A stretch of 64,000 nucleotides of DNA, taken from Gammaproteobacteria bacterium. Lineage in GTDB: Bacteria; Pseudomonadota; Gammaproteobacteria; Steroidobacterales; Foliamicaceae. The translations under genes and the position numbers were made by a program. Positions 9,216 through 16,716 of the stretch are shown here, in pieces; positions within the stretch are counted from its first letter, which is position 1; each line of letters opens with the position of its first letter. The notes beneath the pieces were generated by a model. That model worked only from the letters and a program-made list of their open reading frames with translations, was not told the origin of the DNA and did no database searches. The stretch is taken from positions 94,321 to 158,320 of the forward strand of contig VXYS01000010.1 of NCBI GenBank assembly GCA_009845905.1, in the 5' to 3' direction.

Positions 9216-12200
9216 ATGAAAGACCGGATCATCGATTTATCGCTTGAACGTCGGCGGTCCACGCTGCTGGCGATGATCGGCATCGTGATTTTCGGGATCG
9301 TCGCGCGCGTTTCGATCCCGGTGGAGAGCGAACCCCGCATCGAAATCCCGTTCTACGTGATCACGGTCGTTCACGAGGGCATCTCTCCGGAAGATGCCAG
9401 GCGGCTGCTGATCCTGCCGCTGGAAATCGAACTCAAGGCCGTGGAAGGCGTCCGGGAAATCACCGGCACGGGCGCCGAGAACATGGCCATGGTGGGGGTG
9501 GAGTTCCAGACGGGAATCGACCTCGACGTAGCGCTGAGCGACGTGCGCGAGGCCGTGAACCGGGCCAAGCCCGAGTTCCCGTCCACGACGGAGGAGCCGA
9601 TTGTCGAGGAAACCGCGACCACCGACTACCCCGTGCTGCAGATCAACCTGGTAGGCCGGAACACCCCGGAGGAAACGCTCTACGCCGCAGCGCGCCGCCT
9701 TCGCGACCGGATCGAAATGGTAGGCCAGGTGCAGCTGGCGGCACTGCAGGGACACCGCGAGGAGTTCATGGAAATCCTCATCCGGCCGGAGCAGCTCGCG
9801 ACGTACCAGATGTCCGTGGAGGAGCTGTACGGGGCGCTCACGCGCAACAACCGGCTGATTGCGGCGGGCGCGATGGATTCCGCCCAGGGGAGCGTCTCGG
9901 TAAAGGTGCCCAGCGTCATCGAATCCACCGACGACCTGCTCGACATTCCGGTGCGCATCGAAGGCGACACGGTCGTGACCCTGAGTGACGTGGCTTCGGT
10001 GAGGCGCACGTTCAAGGACCGGGCCAGCTACTCCCATGCCAACGGCGAGCGTTCCATATCTGTGTTCGTCTACCGGCGCTCCGGCGCAAACAGCATCGAA
10101 ACGGCCACCGCGGTCCGTGAAGTGGCGGACGGTTTCCGCGATCGACTGCCCGTGGGCGTCAACATGTTCTATTCCCAGGACACGTCGCAGTTCGCCGCCA
10201 AGCAGATCGTCGAGCTGCAGGGGAACATCGTGACCGCGCTGGTGCTGGTCATGCTCGTGATATTCCCGGCCATGGGCCTGAGGAGCAGCCTGCTGGTGGC
10301 CGGCGCCATCCCGGTCTCCTTCCTTTTCGCGCTGATCTTCCTGTGGCTGTTCGGCCACTCGTTCAACTTCATGGTCATGTTCGGCATGCTGCTGGGGCTG
10401 GGCATGCTGATCGACGGCGCCATCGTGGTCACCGAGGATGCCGAACGGCGAATCACGGAAGGCGAAACCGAACTCGAGGCATACGGGGCGGCCGCCAAGC
10501 GAATGTTCCTGCCCGTGCTGGCCTCCACCGCGACCACTCTGGCGGCCTTCGTGCCGCTGATGTTCTGGCCCGGCGTGGCCGGCGCCTTCATGGGGTACCT
10601 TCCCATTACCCTGCTCTGGGTGCTGATCGGAGCGCTGCTCTATGCGTTGATATTCGCTCCGGTCCTAGGCACGACGTTCCGGCGCCGCAGCCGCGGGATT
10701 GCCGCGCCGCAGGCGGGCGCGGACAGCATGTGGGAACTGGACTGGGCGCGGCTGGGGCGTTTCGCGAGCGGTTACGGCCGCCTGCTGTCGCTGGCCGTGC
10801 GCCGTCCCCTGGCCACCGTCACCATCGTGATCGCGCTGGTCCTGGGCATATTCACGGTGCATGGCTCGCGCGATCTGGGCGTGCTTTTCTTCAACGAGAA
10901 CGACCCCACCTACGCCCAGGTGTTCGTGCGCGCACGGGGCAACCTGGACGTGGAGGAAGCCTACCGGCTGGTTGCCGAGGTGGAGGCAGCGGTCCTGGAG
11001 GTCCCGGGCATCAAGAACCTGAACATGTTCACCACGACCGGCGCGGGCCAGGCCCAGGGGCAGCGGATGCAGTACCAGGGCGGTTCGAGCGCAGACCGCA
11101 TCGGCGCCATGTTCGTCGAGATGGTCGAGAGCAGCCAGCGCGACACGACCGGCATGGAAGTCCTGGAGGAAGTCCGCCGGCGCACGCAGAGGTTCGGCGG
11201 CGTGATCATCGAGGTGCGGCCGTTCGAGAGCCAGATCACCGCCGGCAAACCGATCGCGCTGCAGTTCTCTTCCAACGAGCGTGAGCGTCTTGTTCCCGTG
11301 GTCGAAAGGGTGCGCGAGTACATCGTCAACGAGGTCGAGGGACTGAGGGACATCGAGGACACGCTTCCCGTGCCCGGCATCGAATGGCAGCTGGAAGTGG
11401 ACAGGGCCGTGGCGGGCCTCTACGGCGCCGATGTCTCGACCGTGGGGCTGGCCACGCAACTGGTGACGAACGGCGCCAAGCTGGGCGAGTACCGTCCCGA
11501 CGACGCGGACGACGCGCTGGACATCAGGATCCGCTACCCGACCGAAGACCGCGGCGTCAACGAACTCGACGACCTGAGGATCGTCACCCGCAACGGGCCG
11601 GTCCCATTGTCGAATTTCGTCACGCGGCGCGCGACGCCCCGGCTGGACACTATCCAGCGGGCCGACCAGGAAGACATCCACATGATCCGGGCCGGCGTGG
11701 CGCCCGGCGTGCTGCCCGACGCCAAGATCCGCGAGATTCAATCCTGGCTGGACAGCCAGACCTTCGATTCGGAGGTGGACGTCCGCTTCCGCGGCACGAC
11801 CGAGGAGCAGGAGGAGTCGATCGACTTTCTTTCCAAGGCCTTTTCCTTTGCATTGCTGCTCATGTTCGCGTTGCTGGTCACGCAGTTCAACAACATTTAC
11901 CAGAGCTTCCTGATCATGCTGGCGATCGTGCTGTCCACGGCCGGGGTGTTTCTGGGGCTTGTCATCACCAACCAGCCGTTCAGCGCGATATTGAGCGGGG
12001 TGGGCGTGGTGTCGCTGGCGGGCATTGTCGTGAACAACAACATTGTGCTGATCGACACCTACAACGTGGGGCGCAGGGAATTCCCCGACCGGGACATCGC
12101 CGAACTCATCGTGCTGACCGGATTGCAGCGGTTGCGGCCGGTGCTGCTGACCACCGTCACCACCGTGATCGGACTGCTGCCCCTGGCCAGCCACCAATCG

Positions 12201-12455
12201 GTGGATTTCATCAACCGCAAGTGGGTATCGGGAGGCGAGCTTTCGGGTTACTGGGTGCCTCTAGCCCAGGCCGTGGTGTCCGGACTGACCTTCGCCACGA
12301 TCCTGACGCTGATCCTGACGCCGGCGCTGCTGGTGCTGCCGAGCCGGCTCAAGGGGATGTTCTCGGGTGTTCTGACCGGACTGCGCAACAGGGCGCCGAA
12401 GCCGGTGCGGCTTCGCGGCGGGGACAGTTACGCGAACCGCTCTCCCGGCGTATGA
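9216..12455 (+). CDS. RND efflux transporter permease (AcrB/ACR_tran family)
   Basis: About 1080 aa with two 6-TM bundles and large periplasmic loops. AcrB-like N-terminus (IDLSLERRRSTLLAMIGIVIFGI). ATG at 9216; an alternative GTG lies at 9198. Confidence 0.9.
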   Translation: MKDRIIDLSLERRRSTLLAMIGIVIFGIVARVSIPVESEPRIEIPFYVITVVHEGISPEDARRLLILPLEIELKAVEGVREITGTGAENMAMVGVEFQTGIDLDVALSDVREAVNRAKPEFPSTTEEPIVEETATTDYPVLQINLVGRNTPEETLYAAARRLRDRIEMVGQVQLAALQGHREEFMEILIRPEQLATYQMSVEELYGALTRNNRLIAAGAMDSAQGSVSVKVPSVIESTDDLLDIPVRIEGDTVVTLSDVASVRRTFKDRASYSHANGERSISVFVYRRSGANSIETATAVREVADGFRDRLPVGVNMFYSQDTSQFAAKQIVELQGNIVTALVLVMLVIFPAMGLRSSLLVAGAIPVSFLFALIFLWLFGHSFNFMVMFGMLLGLGMLIDGAIVVTEDAERRITEGETELEAYGAAAKRMFLPVLASTATTLAAFVPLMFWPGVAGAFMGYLPITLLWVLIGALLYALIFAPVLGTTFRRRSRGIAAPQAGADSMWELDWARLGRFASGYGRLLSLAVRRPLATVTIVIALVLGIFTVHGSRDLGVLFFNENDPTYAQVFVRARGNLDVEEAYRLVAEVEAAVLEVPGIKNLNMFTTTGAGQAQGQRMQYQGGSSADRIGAMFVEMVESSQRDTTGMEVLEEVRRRTQRFGGVIIEVRPFESQITAGKPIALQFSSNERERLVPVVERVREYIVNEVEGLRDIEDTLPVPGIEWQLEVDRAVAGLYGADVSTVGLATQLVTNGAKLGEYRPDDADDALDIRIRYPTEDRGVNELDDLRIVTRNGPVPLSNFVTRRATPRLDTIQRADQEDIHMIRAGVAPGVLPDAKIREIQSWLDSQTFDSEVDVRFRGTTEEQEESIDFLSKAFSFALLLMFALLVTQFNNIYQSFLIMLAIVLSTAGVFLGLVITNQPFSAILSGVGVVSLAGIVVNNNIVLIDTYNVGRREFPDRDIAELIVLTGLQRLRPVLLTTVTTVIGLLPLASHQSVDFINRKWVSGGELSGYWVPLAQAVVSGLTFATILTLILTPALLVLPSRLKGMFSGVLTGLRNRAPKPVRLRGGDSYANRSPGV

Positions 12456-12500
12456 TTGACCCGTGTCTTATGGGCAACTGATTCGACTGCGGGGGTAGTT

Positions 12501-14498
12501 GTGAGATTAGCCGAAGAGTTGGCGCTGGTTCTTCTGAACGAAGACAGCGGCTATTTTGAACCCGTCGGCGCCTGGAACCTGTCCTGCGTGATCGCGGGCT
12601 CGGTGCTCGCGGACCTGTCGCTCGAATTCCGTATCGACACCGATACGGAGACGCTGACGCTTCTGGATGCGAAGGAAACAGGCGACCCCTTGCTGGATCC
12701 GGTGCTGGAAGAAATCGCCTCGGCGCCCCCTCCGGTGCACAACGCCCAGTACTGGATCGAGAAGACCGCGCAACGATCGGACGACGCGATGGACATCATT
12801 CTCGACCGGCTGGTCGAGAAGAACATTCTGGATCACGACTCGGGCGGGTTCTGGTCGCTCAGCCGCCAGGTATCGCGCACCGGAACGTACTCCGCGGACG
12901 ACGGATCGACGAAGCTGCAGGTCAAGACGCGAGTTCTTCGCGCAATCCTGGACGAAGAGATTCCCGATCCCCGGGATGTGATCCTCATCAGCCTGATTGC
13001 CGCATGCGACGCCCTGCCGCTGCTGCTCACCGAAGAAGAGTACGAGGAATCCCGCGAGCGCATCGATCTGCTCTGCAGGATGGACCTGGTGGGACGCGCC
13101 ATCGGCGCGGCTGTCAGGGAGAGTCAGGGACGCCCGGTACAGCAGCCCGTAGGGCGCACACGGCCGATTCCGGTCGCCAACCTGCTGAAGCTGATTCCGA
13201 ATCGAAACCTGAGGCGGGGCAATCTTTCAAGGATCCTGACGGATCTGTACAGGGAATACGGTCCGGTCTTCAGGATCAAGAAGCCCTTCTCGGAAAAGGG
13301 CGTTGTCGTGCTTGCCGGACCGGACACCAACGCATGGATCAACCGCAACGGCCGGACCTATTTCCGCACGCGAGACCACATGGCCGACTTCGAGCAACTG
13401 TACGGTGCGTCGCGGACCTTGCCCGGCATGGACGGCACAGAGCATTACCGCATGAGGAAGTCCCTGCGAGCCGGTTATTCCCGCGCGACGCTGGAGGCCA
13501 GGCTGGACGAAGTATATAAATTCTGCCGTGCGTCACTGGAGAAATGGGTCCCGGGCAAACCGATGCCAGGCGCCGCCGCATGCCAGGAGTTGATGAGCGT
13601 TCAGGTGTCGCAGCTCATGGTGGGCGTGGACGCGTCGGACCATATCGACGATCTCCTCAGCTACGAACACCGCTCGCTGGTCACGCATGTGCAGAAAGCC
13701 TTGCCGAAATTCATGATGCAGACGCCAGGCATGGCCAGGAAGAGGAAGCGCATTTTCGAGATGCTCAACCGGGTATTGAATGCGCACACGCCGGCGCAGC
13801 GCAAAGGCAAACCCAAGGACCTGGTCGATCATATTCTGAGCCTGCACGCCAGCGATCCGCAGTATTTCCCGGAGACCGATCTGAGCTTCATGCTGGTCGC
13901 GGGTTTCATCGCCAGCATTTACCTCGGCAGCGGGCTGAGCTTTGCCGTGTACGGCATGGCCAGCCATCCCGAAATCTACCGCCGGGTTCAGAAGGAAGCC
14001 GAGGCGCTGTTCGCCAACGGCGACCCGGGCAAGGACGATTTCACGAGATCCACAATCGACGTCGCCCACCGGGTGTTCCTGGAGTCCCAGCGACTGTACC
14101 CGGTCATTCCGATGCAGCTTCGCACCACGATGAATCACTGCGTGGTGCAGGGCTACAACATACCGAAGGACACGCGCGTGGTGTTCGCGCACACCGCCGC
14201 GCACCACCTGGAAGAGACTTTTCCCGATCCCACCAGATTCGATATCGACCGGTACGCGCCGCCCCGGGATGAGCACAAGCGCGCGGGAGCCTACGTGCCG
14301 TTCGGGCTGGGGACGCATCATTGCCTGGGGTCGAAATGGGTGGAACTGCAAATGACGATCAACCTGCTCCTCATCGCCTACTATTTCGACATCAGCGTCG
14401 TTCCGTCGGACTACGAGATGAGATTCAATCCGTTTCCCACCAGCGCCCCGAACAGCAAGTTTCGATTTACCATTGACAAGAGGCGTCACGACTTCTGA
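12501..14498 (+). CDS. GOLPH3/GPP34-like domain fused to cytochrome P450
   Basis: The N-terminal 225 aa or so match the bacterial GPP34 pattern (LAEELALVLLNEDSG, GDPLLDPVLEEIA, LVEKNILD, PDPRDVILISLIAACDAL). The C-terminal part is a P450 with ExxR (ESQRLYP), PDPTRFDIDRY and heme loop FGLGTHHCLGSKW. GTG at 12501 is preferred; the ORF is open from 12456. Confidence 0.85.
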   Translation: MRLAEELALVLLNEDSGYFEPVGAWNLSCVIAGSVLADLSLEFRIDTDTETLTLLDAKETGDPLLDPVLEEIASAPPPVHNAQYWIEKTAQRSDDAMDIILDRLVEKNILDHDSGGFWSLSRQVSRTGTYSADDGSTKLQVKTRVLRAILDEEIPDPRDVILISLIAACDALPLLLTEEEYEESRERIDLLCRMDLVGRAIGAAVRESQGRPVQQPVGRTRPIPVANLLKLIPNRNLRRGNLSRILTDLYREYGPVFRIKKPFSEKGVVVLAGPDTNAWINRNGRTYFRTRDHMADFEQLYGASRTLPGMDGTEHYRMRKSLRAGYSRATLEARLDEVYKFCRASLEKWVPGKPMPGAAACQELMSVQVSQLMVGVDASDHIDDLLSYEHRSLVTHVQKALPKFMMQTPGMARKRKRIFEMLNRVLNAHTPAQRKGKPKDLVDHILSLHASDPQYFPETDLSFMLVAGFIASIYLGSGLSFAVYGMASHPEIYRRVQKEAEALFANGDPGKDDFTRSTIDVAHRVFLESQRLYPVIPMQLRTTMNHCVVQGYNIPKDTRVVFAHTAAHHLEETFPDPTRFDIDRYAPPRDEHKRAGAYVPFGLGTHHCLGSKWVELQMTINLLLIAYYFDISVVPSDYEMRFNPFPTSAPNSKFRFTIDKRRHDF

Positions 14499-14532
14499 CC
14501 CGCGGGCCACGGTTTACACGGAATCTGCATAA

Positions 14533-15618
14533 ATGAAAATCAGGGAATCCCTGCGCAAACCATTGTGGGCCGGGCTGGTCCTTGCAGTTTGCGCCGTATG
14601 GCTGCTGTCCGGAATCCTGGGAGGCGACGACGACGATGGGCAGGCGTCGGTCGCTTCGCGCGCGGAAGCGCGGGACGAAATCGTCGTGCGGGTACGAACC
14701 AGCCGTGCGTCGGAGCAATCCAGGACGCTCACGTTGCGCGGCCGCACGCGAACCCGGCACGCGGTGACGGTGCGCGCCGAAACGTCCGGCCGCGTGGACG
14801 ACCGGCCGATCGATATCGGCGCGCAGGTGTCGGCAGGCGATGTGCTTTGCCAGGTGGAGGTCAATGATCGCGAACTGCGCGTTCGCGAGGCCGGCGACGC
14901 GGTCGAGCTGGCGACGCTGGAGTACGAAGGCATGAAGACCCTGCGCGAACGGGGCCTTCAGCAGGAGATCGCGGTGGCCCGTGCCAAGGCCCAGTTGAGT
15001 TCCGCGCGCCGCCAGCTCCTGGCCAGCGAACTGGAACTTGACAATACCGCCGTGGTTGCTCCGTTCGCCGGGTTCGTGGAAGAAACTCATGCGGAGGTGG
15101 GCGACTACCTGCAGATGGGCAGCCCCTGCGCCACCATTCTCGATCTCGATCCGATCTACGTGGAGGCCGCCGTCACGGAACAGCAGTATCCGCAACTGGA
15201 CCTGGGCGCCGAGGTGCGGATCACGATGGCCACCGGCAATACGGCCCGCGGATCGCTTACCTTTATCGGCAAGCAGTCGGCGGACCAGTCACGCACCTAT
15301 CCCATCGAAGTGACGGTCCCAAACCCGGACTTTTCGATTTCCTCGGGGTTGAGCGCGGAGGTCGAAGTCTCGCTGCATGCCCAGCCGGCGCACAAGGTGG
15401 GAATGTCCTACGTGGTTCTGGACGCCAACGGAGAAATGGGCGTGCGGGCGGTTGACGACGATCAGCGGGTTCTCTTCTACCCGATCGACGTGGTCCGGGA
15501 AGACCCGGACGGGCTGTGGGTCTCCGGATTGCCGGCCGAAGTCACGTTGATCACGGTGGGCCAGGAATTCGTCAGTCCCGGCCAGCAGGTCAGAGTCCAG
15601 CGCGACACCGCAACATAG
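14533..15618 (+). CDS. RND efflux periplasmic adaptor (membrane fusion protein, HlyD family)
   Basis: 361 aa. N-terminal TM anchor, lipoyl/coiled-coil pattern (AETSGRV, QVSAGDVLCQVE, NTAVVAPFAGFV). Confidence 0.85.
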   Translation: MKIRESLRKPLWAGLVLAVCAVWLLSGILGGDDDDGQASVASRAEARDEIVVRVRTSRASEQSRTLTLRGRTRTRHAVTVRAETSGRVDDRPIDIGAQVSAGDVLCQVEVNDRELRVREAGDAVELATLEYEGMKTLRERGLQQEIAVARAKAQLSSARRQLLASELELDNTAVVAPFAGFVEETHAEVGDYLQMGSPCATILDLDPIYVEAAVTEQQYPQLDLGAEVRITMATGNTARGSLTFIGKQSADQSRTYPIEVTVPNPDFSISSGLSAEVEVSLHAQPAHKVGMSYVVLDANGEMGVRAVDDDQRVLFYPIDVVREDPDGLWVSGLPAEVTLITVGQEFVSPGQQVRVQRDTAT

Positions 15619-15639
15619 CCCTCCCGCCGCCGCGCGGCT

Positions 15640-16671
15640 TCACGCCGGTTTGCGCGCCAGAAAACAGTAAAGCGGCGTGAATATCCCGGTCTTGCCGCCT
15701 GCAACATAAGCGTCCGCGGTCCGGTCCATGAGCCGGATCACGGTGTTGGAACCCTTCGGGAAGAGTCCGAAACCCTCCGTGAGCTTCACCATGCCGATCA
15801 TTGCCTTTCGACCCGCAGGCGTCCTGCGCAGGAGATTCCGGAATGTGCCGGTGTTTCCCTCCATCGGCTGATACCAGGGGGTGTATGGATCTTCCTGCAT
15901 CGCCCTGTCCATCCCCTCGATCACTTCGAACCCGACCGCCTCCAGTGCCTGATCGACCTCCGCGAAGGTTGCGATCTCATTCAATGCGATCCCGTGCATC
16001 AGTTCGCGCCTGATGGCCCGGTGGCGGGAGCTGTTCGAGTCGAACTCTTTCGTCATGCACATTTCCTGCCCCCAGAAAAACGCCCCGGGCTTCAACACGC
16101 GGAAGATCTCGGCAAAAGCGCCCTTCTTGTCCGGCGCGTGGCAGGTGGACTCGATCGCGTAGCCCGCGTCGAATGAGTCGGGCTCGAACCTGCTCATGTC
16201 CATGAAGCTGCAGTGGGCGTAGTCGGCCATGTGATCAAGACCTGCCTCAACGTTCCTTCGCTTCGCCTTTTCCAGTTGCTGCTCGTTGTTGTTGAGGCAG
16301 ACCACGCGGGCGCCGGACTCGCGCGCGACCCGGCGCATTGGCCCCCCGACCCCGCAGCCCACGTCGATGACCGTCATTCCCTCCGTCAGCCGGAGCTTGC
16401 CGATCATCAGCCGCTGATGCCGAAGGATCGAGTCGTCAAGGCTTTCGCCCGGCCTCAAGGGGGCGAAGTGCAGCGATTCGTTCCACCCGAACTGCATGAA
16501 CTCGCTGCACAGCGAGTAGTAGTCGTTGACCGTCTCGGCGTGGTCATATTTGCGGTCGTTGGAGCCCCCTTCTTCCCGCCGGTCGAGCCAGCCTTCAAAC
16601 GATTCGACGCGATTGGCAACGGACCAGCCGCGGTAGGCGCTCTTCAGCGACGTGGACAATTTCGCCAGCAT
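15640..16671 (-). CDS. sterol C-24 methyltransferase-like SAM-dependent methyltransferase (Erg6/SMT family)
   Basis: 343 aa, alignable by eye to yeast Erg6 over the full length: YYSLCSEFMQFGWNESLHFAP, VIDVGCGVGGP, LNNNEQQLEKAK, YAIESTCHAP, VLKPGAFF, PWYQP, and the C-terminal GGKTGIFTPLYCFLARKP (sterol-MT C-terminal domain). Confidence 0.85.
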   Translation of the reverse strand: MLAKLSTSLKSAYRGWSVANRVESFEGWLDRREEGGSNDRKYDHAETVNDYYSLCSEFMQFGWNESLHFAPLRPGESLDDSILRHQRLMIGKLRLTEGMTVIDVGCGVGGPMRRVARESGARVVCLNNNEQQLEKAKRRNVEAGLDHMADYAHCSFMDMSRFEPDSFDAGYAIESTCHAPDKKGAFAEIFRVLKPGAFFWGQEMCMTKEFDSNSSRHRAIRRELMHGIALNEIATFAEVDQALEAVGFEVIEGMDRAMQEDPYTPWYQPMEGNTGTFRNLLRRTPAGRKAMIGMVKLTEGFGLFPKGSNTVIRLMDRTADAYVAGGKTGIFTPLYCFLARKPA

Positions 16672-16716
16672 GGCGTGCGGGATTCCCTGGGGGTGGTGTT
16701 ATGCCGCCGAGAGGGA

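Noticed and set aside
6416-9247. Long ORFs (374, 538 and 480 aa) crossing the MFS gene, the family-1 repeat and moeA
   Set aside because: Out-of-frame or antisense to well-supported genes. They read straight through an intergenic palindrome. Composition-driven artefacts.
9237-12197. 373-aa and 510-aa minus-strand ORFs, plus several plus-strand alternative-frame ORFs inside the RND gene
   Set aside because: They overlap a 1080-aa AcrB-type gene with a coherent TM/periplasmic architecture. The alternative frames are Arg/Pro/Gly-rich with no motifs.
12501-14498. Interpretation of the P450 as CYP51 (sterol 14-alpha-demethylase)
   Set aside because: The heme loop (FGLGTHHCLG), the B'-region and the I-helix (AGFIAS) do not match the CYP51 signatures I know (FGAGRHRCIG, GQHTS). 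The family is left unassigned.
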